In this document: piece after piece, positions 25,037-38,390 of the stretch | How the letters are laid out: every line of letters starts with the position of its first letter | Position numbering within the stretch: the stretch's first letter is position 1 | NCBI RefSeq assembly: GCF_009914755.1 | Contig: NC_060937.1 | DNA from: the human T2T-CHM13v2.0 reference genome, Homo sapiens | Length of the DNA: 64,000 nt | Reading direction: 5' to 3' (one strand) | The notes under the pieces: model-generated | The model's input: only the letters and a program-made list of their open reading frames with translations | Databases searched by the model: none | Told to the model about the DNA's origin: nothing | Made by a program: the position numbers and the translations under genes

Positions 25037-27652
25037 AAGACAGTGCCTTGGACACTGTGTCTTCTGGAAGAGGAGAAAGGTCATGGCCTCACATGGCAGA
25101 ACAGCAAAAGAAGGAGAACTCACTCCAGTATGTGCCTTTAATCGGGACATTAATCTATTCCTGAGGCTCCACCCTCACGACACAAACACCCCCTAAAAGA
25201 CCCCACCTCCAACACCACAGCGTGGGGGAGCATATTTCCAACCCAGGCAAATGCATTCAGAATATAGCAATGCCTAACTTTACTTTGCTGCAACTCTCAT
25301 TTCTTTCCACTTTAATTTTTTTTTATTTCCATTATGTCACATCATGAAGATGTCTGCTAAGAACTAAGCTGCTGGAGCAGCAAATATTTTGAACAATGAC
25401 TCAATAAACAGAAGTTTTTAAAGAGAAGATCTGCTTTCACAGTGTCAAACATGTCAGGTAAATGGTATTTCATGCATTTACCAAGTCAATGTCCTCACAC
25501 AATTTTAAGCATAGGGGTGTGCATTATTTAAGGTGTCACTGATGGGATCAGAATTTTACTTTCTGTTGAATGTGTATGGTTTAAGAAGGCTAAATAAAAT
25601 GGTGATTTATTAGAAAATAAGAGAGAAGAAATGCTGGGGTTTTTGCATTCTTCTACTCTGCAAAATATATGATTTCAGGCACTTATTTTAATGTGAATAT
25701 GTCTTTTTAGTGTATTATAGCAACAACTAACAATTTATTTATCCAACTGAAAGGATGGAACTCCTGAAGTTCATTTCATTGTTTTTCAGGTAAACAAATG
25801 AAAAACGATTTTTGTCTGGGGCTCTGTTTTAGTGAAGGCAGAAAAAATATCCTCTCATTTAAAAGGACTGAATAAACCTTTTGTCATTTGCAGATAATAT
25901 TTGACTGAGAACAACATGCAGATTGGTTTTAGACCCCAACTTTCAGCAGAACAATCTATATTTATTGCTAAGCACCTGTTTCATTAAGGTCAAGAATACA
26001 AAGAATGCATTATCCCGAATGAAAAAAGAGATTATACCCTTTGTCTTAATTAATCCTTTGGAAATTTTCATGAAAATACAAATATGAGAAAAAACACTTT
26101 GATAAGTCTTCCTATTAGTAGTGTAAGATTTAGAAAAATACAGTTCATATTATGTTTTATTCCAAAAGGGACTTTTAAGAGATGTTTGAGATTTCTGGGC
26201 CCCCCTCCATCCCTCAAGCACCCCACCCTGTAGCAAATGCAAACAGTCTTTCTCCTATAATGCTCTGAGTTAAATTCCTTGGTAGATTTTTATTATGTAA
26301 AGACATCATATTGTTTGGCTTAATTGTGATTAATTTAGATAGGTAAGCTACATTGAAGGATTTCAACAATGATCATAAAACAAGTGAGAGCTATGATGGC
26401 CTTGATGAGAATATACCTCCATGGAAACCACCTGTTCCACATGGTTACCATCACCACAGGTTACCTTGAACATTCTAAACTCCTTAACCCTTCCCCTTGG
26501 GGCTTTGGATGCATCCCTACCTTTGAAAACTTCCGTCAGATATTATGCTTCTTCTAACCATTTAAACAACACATTCCAGATATTACATATTTTTTCAGAC
26601 CATGAGAGAAAAGTGAAAACAGGCACATGATTAAATCTAGATGTTTCCCCTGATAGTTGTGTTTTTCTGTAAAATTTAACCTCCTAAAAGCTTTCAGGAA
26701 ATATAGCTGAATTAATTTTGACACTGTTAAGTAATGAGTATTTATTTTTTCTTTAAAAAAATACAAATGGAAGTGCAGATTGTCCATTTCTGTATTTATG
26801 AAAATGGCCATCAAAGAGTGACAGTTCCACAGAAGGCAGCCCCACATCCCACAGTGTATCCAGCCCAAGAGGCAGCCCAGTTAGTTAACTTCAGCTTTGA
26901 GAGCACTCTTGCAGGCTCAGAGCCCACAGGCTCAATTCTACCAGCAGACTGGTTATGTTTACCACCAAGCTCAAAAAATAAAACTGAATGTGAATGGTGT
27001 TTGGTGAGGCAAGCCATCTCCAGGCTTAGATTCATAGGAACTTCAGCCAGGCCAGCTCATTCATTCAGTTTTCCTGCCCAGTTCATTCTTTAAGGCATTT
27101 GAAACTGTGGCCTTTGCAGAAGACAGAAATGTTAAGACAAAATAGACCAACATTTTAACGGGCCCTTCAGTAACTAGTACTGCTTAATAATGTAAGTTTT
27201 CAAAAAAAAAATCCAGAAGGTAACAAATGATCTTTAAATTCCAACAGGTATATGAAAAGGCACTCAACATCACTAATCATCAGGGAAATGCAAATTAAAA
27301 CCACTATGAGATATTACCTCACACGCACAAAAATGGCTCTTATAAAAAATACAGGAGATAACAAATGTTTGCAAGGTGTGGCAGAAAGGGAAACTTAATA
27401 CACTACTGGTGGGAACGTCAATTGGTACAGTGATTATTAAAAAGAATATGGAGGTTCCTAAAGAAATAAAACTAGGGCTACCACATGACCCTGTAATCCC
27501 TCTTCTGGGCATATACCCAAAGGAGATGAAATTACTACCTTGTAAAGATACCTGTATTCCTATGTTCATTGCAGCATTATTTACAAAAGCCAAGATATGG
27601 AAACAACCTAAATGTCCATCCGTGGGCAAATGAATAAAGAAAATGTGTGTCT

Positions 27653-27653
<1 letters not shown>

Positions 27654-27693
<40 letters not shown>
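27654..27693. repeat. (GT)20 microsatellite
   Basis: Uninterrupted GT run. Confidence 0.97.
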
Positions 27694-27696
<3 letters not shown>

Positions 27697-27877
27697 GAAG
27701 TATTATTCAGCCTTAAAAAAAGAAGACCCTGCCATTTGCCACAACAGTAGTAGACCTAGAGGACATTTTGCTAAGTGAAAAAAGCCAGACATAGAAAGAA
27801 AAATATTGCATCTTCTCACTTACATGTGATTTTTTTTTTTTTTTAAAGAGCTCAAACACACAGAGATCAAGAATCAA

Positions 27878-28172
27878 GGAAGAGCACGGTGGCTGTTGCC
27901 TGTAATCCCAGCACTTTGGGAGGCTGAGGCGGGCGGATCACTTGAGGCCAGGAGTTTAAACCAGCTGGCCAACATCGTGAAATCCTGTCTCTACTAAAAA
28001 TACAAAAATTAGCTGGGTGTGGCGGCACGTGCCTGTAGTCCCAGCTACTTGGGAGGCTAAGGCTGGAGGATCCTTAAGCCTGGGAGGCAGAGGTTTCAGT
28101 GAGCTGAGATTGCACCATTGCACTCCAGCCTGGACTACAGAGTGAGGCCCTATCTCAAAAAAAAAAAAAAAA
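27878..28172 (+). mobile_element. Alu (Jb/old S) nested in L1MA
   Basis: Full dimer with poly-A. TSD AAGAATCAA (27869-27877) / AAAAATCAA (28173-28181). Confidence 0.95.
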
Positions 28173-28784
28173 AAAAATCAAACTCTGTTACCCATGGGCA
28201 GGGAGTAGGGGAGGAAATGGAAAGATGTAGGTCCAAGGATGCCAAACAGCAGATTTGTGGGATGTACAGTGAGGATTAATGTTCATAAGTTTATTGTGGA
28301 GGGATTTTTGTTAAGTAAATAGATTTAAGCCGCTCTTGTCACAAAAAGTAGCTATGCGAGACGATAGATATGTTAATCTGATTCACTACAGTATCCATTT
28401 TGCTATCTACATATCCCATAACATCACATGATAAACCACATATGTACACAATAAAATTTATTAAAAACTCAATTCCTTTATTCGTTTCCATGTTGTTTGT
28501 AACATAAAGTTCAAAGTTCTTGATACCGGTATCGAAGGCCCCCCTAAATATGACCTCAACTTTTCAATTTTATTCTACGCACTAACCTCAGCCCCAAAAA
28601 TCCTATTTCTATTGAATATAACATATCTTTTCACTCAGGTCTTTCTCCCTATTCTGTCTCCAGTTGCCATCATTGCATCTGCTGCCATTCTAACTTATTC
28701 TGTTCATTCTAGGAGAAAAAGATCATCCTGGGTGAAGCTGCTGTGAGCCCTCATGTCTCCTTAAATTCTCCAGACACGTCTGTC

Positions 28785-29700
28785 TACTCAACAAATATTT
28801 AGGGAATGCCTACTGTATACCAAGCCTGGTTTCAGGTCTGGGAGATCCAGTGTCCAACAACACAAAGGACCTTGACTTCAGAGAGCTTTTGCTCTAGCAG
28901 GGAAAACAGACAGTGCATAGATAGACCAACATGTATTTGCTGTAATTGCAAGAAGCAGTAAAGGCTATGGAGAGAAATTCCAGGGGCAGGGATTAGAGAT
29001 GACTTTGAGGACTTCAAGGATGACTTTGAGCAGGTAAAAGTGGAAGACAGGAGAAGTGGCTGGGGTGATGGCAGCACCATGGGAATATGTGGAAGGATGT
29101 TCCTAGCAGACAATACAGAAAGTTGGAAATTATTGCAGAGAGCATAGCATTGGTGAGGAATGCTGAAGGCCTGGGAGAGGTAAAGTGCAAGGACAAGAGG
29201 AGGGAGCAGCAGGTGCAGGCCTGGAGGGCATGGCAAAGAAGAGTGGGTTTTATTCCAAGTGTGAAGGGAAGCTGTCAGAGGGTTTGAATCAGAGAATGGC
29301 ACATAGTCTATTTTGTGGTTATGAAGGGTCTCTCCAGCTGCTGTGTCGGAAGCTCAGAGACAACACTGCAGTGGTCCTGGTGAGAGCTGCTAGAGGCTGA
29401 TTTATGTGGAAGGAAGGATGGCAGGATCTGCTGGTAGACTAGATTGGAGGTGGGGAGTGAAAGAAAGAGAAAGTCATGGATGACTGCAATGCGTGGCCTG
29501 ACAACCGGGAATGAGGAAGAATTAAGTAACAGCGAGAGAAGAGCAAGTGTGGTGGGCAATGGAGATTAGGAGTCCCATCAGGCATGTGCAAAGCTTGAAG
29601 TGCCTCTTACGTAAATAAACAGAGATGGTCAAGAGAGCTTCATAGTAGGTCACTGGATGCTGGTCTTGAATTTCCAGAGCTGAGCATAACTTTGGAAGTT
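28785..29700 (-). mobile_element. L2 (L2a-like) fragment
   Basis: ACTCAACAAATATTTAGGGAATGCCTACTGTATACCAAGC start, then a purine-rich antisense L2 body. Confidence 0.8.
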
Positions 29701-30299
29701 ACCAGTTTTGATTATTTCCATATTATTGTGAGAATTATTTTAGTCTTATTATCTCCATTGTATGTGGAAAAATCTGTTTTCCCACTATATTAAAAACTCG
29801 GTGGAGAGAGAACATCATCGGCAGAGTGGTTTGCCTTGTGACAGATAAATGCAAGTAGATAGTATAAAATGAAGGCTCAATAAATACTGATAGAACTTGT
29901 GATAATACATTTTTCTTTATGGGTAATTTACTTGATATAATAATTTTTGTTATAAGAACAGTTTTAAAGACTTTTAAACATGTTTAATGTTGTTCCACTG
30001 GCATTATTTATTAAGAATTATGATGTAAAATACCTTATCACTCAAAATATCAAACTTCAGGAATATTTTTGTTGTTGTCATTGTTAACTTATGACATGAG
30101 GATGCTGTATATGAGAAATTAAAGATTTCAGTTAGTCCAGAAAGGCCTTTAAGTAGTATTAATTTAAGAAAATATTGTAATATGTAATTATCTTTCCCTG
30201 AAGTCAAGCTACCTGTATGTATTTTTTCTATTCCTTCACTAATACGATTTTTAAAAATATACTAGATTTCAAAACAAAATAGTACATTTTAAAATAAAT

Positions 30300-30845
30300 A
30301 GCATAATTGAGATATAATTTACATATAATACAGTTCACCTGTTTAAAGTGTACAATTCAAAGGTTTATAGTGTAATCACAGAGCTGTACAACCAACACCA
30401 CATTCTAATTTTAGAACATTCTTGTTACCCTTAAAATAAAACATGTACTTATTAGCAGTCACCTACCCCAGCTCAAGGCAGCCACTGTTGTGCATTTTTC
30501 TCTCTCTATTTATTTTGGAAACTTCATATGCATAACATGACTAATTATGGGTCTCTAGTGAATGACTTATTTCATTTTACATAATATTTTCAAGTTCATC
30601 CATACTGTACCAGGTATCAGAATTCATTTTTTCTCTGAATAATATTCATATACATATTTTTATTTATCCATTTATCTTTATCCGCTTATCACTTGCTGGA
30701 CATGTGGATCATTTCTACTTTTTGGTCATTGTAAGTAATACTGCTATGAACATTCATTTAGACATTTTTTCAATTGACTTTTTTTTTAATTTCTCCTGGC
30801 CATATACATAGGAGTGGAATTGTTGAGTAATAGTAACTTTTTAAA
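30300..30845 (-). mobile_element. L1MB/ME 3' fragment
   Basis: ATTGAGATATAATTTACATATAATACAGTTCACCTGTTTAAAGTGTACAATTC...TAGGAGTGGAATTGTTGAG. Confidence 0.85.
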
Positions 30846-31504
30846 GAAACATCTATTTTTAAAAACTATTATATAATTCAGAAAATATTTTTAATTATCA
30901 GGAAAAATTATCTTCTTTTACTGATAAAATATGAAAGAAAAAGACTGCTGAATTTCTTGTGTATGGCCAAATTTTAATTGAATAGTTGGTTCTTTCACGA
31001 AACTTGTGAAAAACACAAGTACTCTTCATTCAACATTGAATGGAGATACTAAGTTGTTTTCCAGGGAGAAAATAATTATTCAGATCTGTAATAGAATTTC
31101 ATGTTAAGCTGACCTAGGTTAGGCATTTTATTAGGGATTTTCTAGTTGGCAGGTTGTAGGTAACTATAGGTTTGTAGGTAACTGAAGGTTTTTAACTATA
31201 AAAAATGGTAGTGGTATCTAGCAGGAAGATAGGGCTTCTTCAAGTTTTCTTTCCTTCATTTACTTAGAATAGAGGACATCTGTTTCTAACTAGCCCAGAG
31301 GAGATTCATGTATTTTATATGGTAGCTTTTTTTTGTTTGTTTTTAATGGAAAGGAAGTTAAATGAGAAACAAGCAATTGAGGAAACTTAGGGTTAAGAAA
31401 CCTGTTTATGTATCGTTAAAAGCCCATATCACATCCTTTTTTTTTGCTTTTTATTTTAAACATCTCCCATCATGTCCTAGATGCCTAGATGTTTATTCTC
31501 CATT

Positions 31505-31530
31505 AAAAAAAAAAAAAAAAAAAAAAAAAA
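31505..31530. repeat. Poly(A)26 tract
   Basis: Pure A run with no adjacent retroelement body. Confidence 0.95.
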
Positions 31531-33708
31531 GGGGGCAAACACACCCAAGACAGTAGGGATTGCAGAGCGACTTTTTCTAGAGTGCCAAAATCAGGCCTTT
31601 TGGTTCTTACATTGTCTCAGCCTCTTAATATTGAGATTCTTTCAAACAATAGCCTGCTATATTTATTGAAATCATAGGAAATAACTAGACCTGATGCTCA
31701 AATTGATAATTGAAGAGCCAAGTGGAAAAATAAGCTTAGAAATCTCGAACTGCATTAAGTAGAAGACTAAATGTTGCTCAAAGTAACTGAATGCTCTTCC
31801 AATGCAATGCAGCGTGGCTCCACCCTGTGTCATCATCTCCCAAGCCACACACTCTTGCTAGCCCTTTCTGCTCCGAAATCCCACTTTCTGCATAAAAATG
31901 AATTAGCCTCAGCAATTAGAAAAAAATAGTAATAAGCTATCCTGTTCTGTCCTATACAAAAACATTACATGACTTTTGACAACTGGAAATATTCATAGGA
32001 ATATTTGGCCATTAATAGAAACATGAAATATATTATGTATTATTATTGTTTTATGACACTTGAGATGGTAAATGTTAGAGGATATTGTGCTTTTTTATGA
32101 AACCTTTAAAAGCAATGTTTCAGCTCTTTATCTTATCTTGTATAAGAACAGTATTTGGATATCTGAGATTAGTCATAAATGCTCTAAACTAATGCATAAT
32201 CTAAGGAACTTATTAATATTTGATATACTCATGTATATTAATGTACATATTACATATCATATAGTGGTATATTAATGACATTAATATAATGTATTACTAT
32301 ATATTATATATAACAGTAATATATAATCATTGTAACCATTGATGAATAATACTAATGATAAAAGGAAGTTTAATAATAAAAAACAAGCTGAATTGCTTGC
32401 CTGGTAGAAGCCAAGTCACTAACCAGGTGTGAATCTTGAGCAAGTCATTTAATCTCTCTTAAACCTTTCATTTTCATCCAGGAAATTAACTTTCACACAT
32501 TGACAATAAAATGCAGTTCTAGTATTCTGACTTCAGCATAACCTTTCAAATTCAAGTTGTTTTTTCTTGAGCAGTTTGCTAAAAAAGCAGCTTCACAGAT
32601 GAGGGAAAGACAAGCCTGGCTGTGCACGATTACAGGCTTGCAACTACGCACACGCCCCCAATCTCACAACTGATGCAAAATCAGAAAGAAAACACCAACC
32701 AAACCAGTCTCATCACCTGAAAGCAGGGCCAAACCAATCTTTCACTTATTAAAAAAAAAACAAAAACAACAAAAGCTGGAAAATACTACGCTTTCCCTGC
32801 TAAATTTAAAACTTGGATTTAGGAAGCTCATTTGCCTTTTGTTAGAGAACACTGTGATTATTCATTGTGAAAATAAGCCCAACATCAAAATAAATGATTA
32901 TTTGCGAATTGTATTTTAACAAAATATATTTTAACAGCTAGTAAATTCAATTATAAATTTGAGATGTATATATGCCTGTTTAAAAAATGATTTTCTATTT
33001 CAAACAGAAATTGGCTCAAATATACAAATTCAGCCTGCTGTTTATACAAAAGTGATTTGAGATTCTACTGTTAGCTTATATATTCTCTTTTAGTAGTATA
33101 TTTACATATTACATATTGTTTTATAATATTATATACAAACGCATACATATGTACTCAAACACACCAGTCTTGGAAATCTTATTCCATATTCATCAAATAG
33201 AATTGATTGCTCTATTTCTCACTATTCTAAGGCTTTAGCTCCAGGAAATTTAAATATTAATTATAAAGCATATTAATAACTACGAAACCGTTGTCTAGGT
33301 TTCCTGGAGCCAAACTCTCACAACAATGATTTTTGTAGCAAAAGATTTATAAGAAATAGATTTAAATAGAAATCCAGATGTTAGAAAAATGGGTCTTTGA
33401 ATATTCAGTCTTCAACGACCAAACACTTGTCAGTTTGTCCTTGAGCTGTAGGTACTTCACACAATGTCTCTTTTACAATGTTATTTCCAGTTTTCTTTTC
33501 AAAATTTCAGTATATCTTATTATATGCAGATTCAGCTCCTCACTTTAGCCACCATAAATGGAGAAGGGATTAATACAATCAGAAGTCAGCAACAAGTTAT
33601 TAGCCATTTCAAAAGACTGCCTTAAAACTGTCAGATTATAAGGCTTTCAAATAGACTCTCCTTTGAAATTCCTGAAAGAACAACTGGTTTCAATTGGTTT
33701 AACTACAA

Positions 33709-34017
<309 letters not shown>

Positions 34018-34529
34018 TGCAATTAATCTTATATTTTCCTTTTATAAAATCCATATCCCGGTAGAACACCTAATTAAAGCTCAAATATGTTTGTGATGAT
34101 CATATTGCTATTTGAGTGATAGCATTCATTTTCACTGATGTTTTCACACCCAATTCCTCCTCTTCCCCTCCATAACTTTGGGGAAAATCAGCAATTAAGC
34201 TCAGTTCATTTCATGATTCTGAAGAATTGCTGCCCAAAGACACTGTAAACAGAACAGAAGAGGAATGCTATCTCATTTGAGCCTACAACGGAGGGTCTGA
34301 TTTCATTACTTTTAAATGGAAAAATCAAGGAAAATCAGGGCCAGAATCACAACAGAGGTCGAAAGAGTTTTGTATTCTACAGATTTCTAAGGCAGCACCA
34401 AAATACAACTAAATTTTATTAAGTACTGAATATTTTTCAGACACCACATTACATACTTTAAAACCTGTCTAATTTAGTCCTTACTATAATCCTGCAACAT
34501 TATATTTTATGCCCAGTGTATTGATATCA

Positions 34530-35048
34530 AAATAGTTGAGAAAGTAAAAAGCTAGCTCTGCCACCGTAGAGTTTGCCTTGTGAGGCCTTGATACTCTGCG
34601 GCTGAACTCAATTTCACAGAACAGCAACGCCAGACAAGGACATTCTGTGACCATGACGGACCACGAGCTCTGCATTCACACCTGAGCACAGACAAAAACA
34701 CAAACTTTGTTCATACCACAGAAATGGTCAAAATTCTCTCCATCCTGGCTCATGGGATGGACTGTTGCTTCCTTAAAAATTACAGCTTTAGTTTCACTCG
34801 AGTACCCTCTCCTTCTAAATAAGATTTATTAAGATTCTCCAGTTATAGAAATTCCCACGCCCATCCTATGTTCTGCTTCCTGACAGCATCTAGCCCAAAG
34901 CAAGGCTCCACTCTTAAGCCCTCCCCAAATCCCCTGACCTGCCCTAAACCGTCTGAGTCCTCCTAATACCTTCTTCCTGAGATGTCCCATGCTTTCCCAC
35001 GCTGGGTTCCTCTTTGCTGCTGCAGAAAGAAGGCTGTTCACAGTGACA
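34530..35048 (+). mobile_element. MER21-family LTR
   Basis: CACAGAACAGCAACGCCAGACAAGGACATTCTGTGACCATGA and CTGCTTCCTGACAGCATC motifs typical of MER21. Confidence 0.7.
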
Positions 35049-35429
35049 CCGGATGGAGGGCATCCACAGTAAAAGTCAAGAAGTTTGAAGTGACTTCTTC
35101 AGGGGACAGATATTTTAGTGAGCAGAAGCAAGTCTCAAATCCGACTCTTCCGTTGTCTGTACATAGTGTGACTAGATCGTATTGTCGCCCAGTGCTTATT
35201 CTACATGGCTTTAAAATATATGACATGTGATTGGGGTCACTAGAAACTCAAATATTAGATTTATAGGCATTCAGAGGAGAGAGAAATTACAGACGTTTGG
35301 TGGAAGGGGTTGGCAAGCAAAATCTATAGAGGAGGAGAAAACATATGCAAATGTGCAGAGGAGAAAAATAATAATGCACAATGTTACAATACTTCATAAA
35401 TTCCCAAATACCAGCCAATACCAACAAGA

Positions 35430-35625
35430 TGATAATATTTAACAAGTCTGCTACGGTGAGCTCAGTCCTAAGTGCCTTACATGAATTAACATGCTTTCTC
35501 ATAACAACATTATGAGTCAGGTAACTATTTCTATTCACACACTACAAATGGAGAAACTGAGGCAGGGAGACTTTATCTTTGCTAAGGTCTGATGCAGCTA
35601 CTAGATGGCCACTCCAGGGGCCAAT
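35430..35625 (-). mobile_element. MIR
   Basis: CTAAGTGCCTTACATGAATTA...ACAAATGGAGAAACTGAGGCAGGGAGA core. Confidence 0.8.
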
Positions 35626-36021
35626 CTTGTATAATAGAAAAAATAACTGCATATCTACTCAGAATATTGATGTTTCATTTCGTATGTTAAAATTAACTAC
35701 AATCATATTGTGATTTTACAAGTATTGCTGTTTCAACATTTTATGAAAACAAGGTTATTCCTCTCTTCACCTCCGTCTAATGGCTTCATTGTTGAAAAGC
35801 ATTTTGAATACCTGAAAGCAGTTACCCCAAGCACATCACCTTCACTTCCCAGTCATCTGAGTAGCAATGTTTCTGGCTGTCTTTGATGGCTTTACTGAAA
35901 GTCAAATGCCAAATATGTGTAATGTTAGTACATTTGGTTGGTTGGTTCACTTCTCTCTGGAGTTTATCTGAAGCATACATTGCACTAACAAAGTGATCTT
36001 TAGAAAAACCTGGTTTACTTT

Positions 36022-36313
<292 letters not shown>

Positions 36314-36365
36314 AGAAAAACCTGGTTTAGTTCAATATCTAGACCTTGACGTTGTAAAGTCACAC

Positions 36366-36837
36366 TGAGGCAGGACAGGTGAGCCCCAGCTTGGGACTCG
36401 GCTCATGAGGGTCCTTGGCTTTGTCCAGGAAATAATTCAAGGGCCAGTGGTGGAGCAGAAGAAAACAGCTGTATTGAAGCAGCTGTGGCACAGCTCCATG
36501 ACTGTCCTACAGAGCAGGGCTACCCCACAGGCAGGGAGGGGCAGCTCAGGGCAGTTCTGCAGTCATATTTAGTTCCGCAGATTGAGGGGCAGTTTTTGCC
36601 GAAATTTCTAGGGAAAGGGGCAGTCATCAAGGGTACTTCTGGTTCATCAGGTCATTGTCATGGAAAGGGGTGGTAAGTAACTCCAGAGTGTTGCCATGGC
36701 AACGGTAAACTGACATGGGACACTGGTGGGCATTTCTTATGGAAAGCTGCTTCCACCCGCTCCCTTTTTTAGCTAGTCCTCAATCTGGTCCAGTGTCCAA
36801 GCCCTGCCTCCAGAGTCGAGTTCCGCCTCTTACCTCA
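36366..36837 (-). mobile_element. ERV1 solo LTR (MER66-like)
   Basis: TGAGG...CCTCA inverted termini and 4-bp TSD ACAC/ATAC. The reverse strand starts TGAGGTAAGAGGCGGAACTCGACTC. Confidence 0.8.
36690..36703. promoter_or_regulatory. Perfect RFX X-box motif GTTGCCATGGCAAC
   Basis: Exact 14-bp palindrome matching the RFX consensus. Binding is not shown. Confidence 0.6.
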
Positions 36838-37668
36838 ATACCCCAAAAGACTAAATATTATACCACATCTGTATTCCATTGTGTTGATTTTAAAAATTCT
36901 TTTGGCCACCTATTACAATAGACATCAAAACAGCACCACTTGAATTCACTTCAAGCCAATATGTCTTCCAAAATAATATTTTCAAAATAAGCATTCAAAA
37001 GAACACATCCTAGTGTGAAGGACTGCATAAGGATTCGAAAATAAGACAACATTTTTTTAGGGGTTTTCTTTTTGGAAAATAAACCTATCTTTGATATTGG
37101 GGTCTATATTTGGGGAATTATTAATTACTACAAGCTTACCAATTATCACTGTCCTAGATGATGCTTTCTGGCAAAATAATTTATTAAAATGTGAATCTGA
37201 AGTTATTTTTTCAACTTTTTCACTTGGACAAAGACTCAAAACTATAGAAAAGTTGCCTTAGCGATCTATTTTTGTGTTGTTCTTATGCTACACATCCTTC
37301 TCCCTCTCCCATTCCAAGTACTCAGCAAGTCTTCCATATTTCCTTGCCTCAGAGGAGGTTTGTACTGTGGGAAACAAGCGATTGTTTAAGACTGAAGCAT
37401 CCCATCTTTTTTTTTTTTCTGTTATCTGAGCTAACTAAGGTTTATTACTATTGCAATAGAGGAAGGAAGTGTCTTTGAAGGATGAAGGTAAACGTAATAA
37501 TAGAAAGCACAAGTATTGCCTCAAGCCTAGATCAATGGTGGGGTTCCATGAATAGAAGAGATCACAGATTCTCTTTTTCACATTGTCCCAGCACTAGCGC
37601 TGGCAGGTCTTCCAGGAGAATGGCTGAAAGCACATGAAGGGATGCAAAACCAGAAAGAGGCTTGGACC

Positions 37669-38220
37669 TGCAGGAGAACAGGATGTGCCATCCCAAAATA
37701 GAAAGAATTTTGAGCTGAAGACAATTAAGGAGAAATAGATGCAAGAAAGGTCTCTGCCCGCTATTTGCCTAAAAGCAGGGCATAGTTTTTCAAAGACAAA
37801 AGGTATCCATCCCTCCTCCTTACCAGGGAGAACAAAGATTAACCACTGAAGACAACTTTAGACCTTTATTTTATGGAGAGGGCACCAGAAGAATGTACAT
37901 GGACAAGCTTTGCTAAGGAGCCTTTATCTGCCATTGTCTCTCTTCCCACAAGCAGCCGCTCCTAGAGACTCAGAGTCCTTTTCCTTTGTCTTATCATTGC
38001 CATAAAAATTTACTGTTCTCTTTTGCAAATGCTACGTAAGCTGGAATTCAAAGACATCTTTTTGAAAACTATTCATTCTCTGGTTGTTTCCCATGTATAG
38101 GTGAAATGTACGTGTTAATAACCTTTTATTTTCCTCTTCTTAATCTCTCTTTTGTTACAGGGATCCTTCCAACTAAGAACTTATGGAAGCTGAGAAAAAA
38201 ATTACAATTACTTTCCTACA
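37669..38220 (+). mobile_element. MER34-family ERV1 solo LTR
   Basis: TGCAGGAGAACAGGATGTGCCATCCCAAAATA...TTTTGAGCTGAAGACAATTAAG start, TTCCTACA end, flanked by GGACC/GGTCC. Confidence 0.82.
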
Positions 38221-38330
38221 GGTCCAAGGCAGTATGGGAGATTCAAGACATCAGACTTACGGGACACATGTCAATGAACAAATGGGTGTTTGGGTGGTTA
38301 TTGGGCCTATGATTTGAGAAGCTTCTCCTA

Positions 38331-38376
<46 letters not shown>

Positions 38377-38390
38377 ATCTACCTATCTAT
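38331..38390. repeat. (TATC)11 tetranucleotide STR with degenerate tail
   Basis: Eleven perfect TATC units at 38331-38374, then TAATCTACCTATCTAT. Confidence 0.97.

Larger units (their letters stand above)
24126..25269 (-). mobile_element. MaLR solo LTR (MSTC/MSTD-like), split by an L1 insertion
   Basis: CTTAGTCCATTTTGTGCTGCTACAACAGAATAC at the left end and ATTCAGAATATAGCA at the right end. The LTR sequence resumes after the L1 TSD. Confidence 0.85.
27238..28467 (+). mobile_element. L1MA (L1MA5-like) 3' fragment, interrupted by an Alu and a (GT)n
   Basis: ORF2 C-terminal remnant ([16 protein letters not shown]...[10 protein letters not shown]) and an L1MA-type 3' UTR ending ACACAATAAAATTTATTAAAAA. 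Confidence 0.88.

Noticed and set aside
26734-27093. 119-aa ORF in a locally GC-richer unique patch
   Set aside because: No recognisable protein similarity and no splice or promoter support; the length is within chance range.
28832-29302. 156-aa ORF with a repeated SSKSSL-like segment
   Set aside because: Lies in an L2 fossil. The repeat comes from a 12-bp duplication (GATGACTTTGAG at 28998 and 29019).
31154-31183. Short direct repeats (TTGTAGGTAACT x2; similar ones at 4253-4274 and 47149-47171)
   Set aside because: Ordinary two-copy microduplications with no higher-order structure.
32230-32380. Extremely AT-rich patch (possible matrix-attachment or unwinding element)
   Set aside because: Indistinguishable from simple low-complexity sequence.
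35595-35612. CTCF-like CTACTAGATGGCC in a MIR
   Set aside because: Mismatches at key consensus positions; not supportable from sequence alone.
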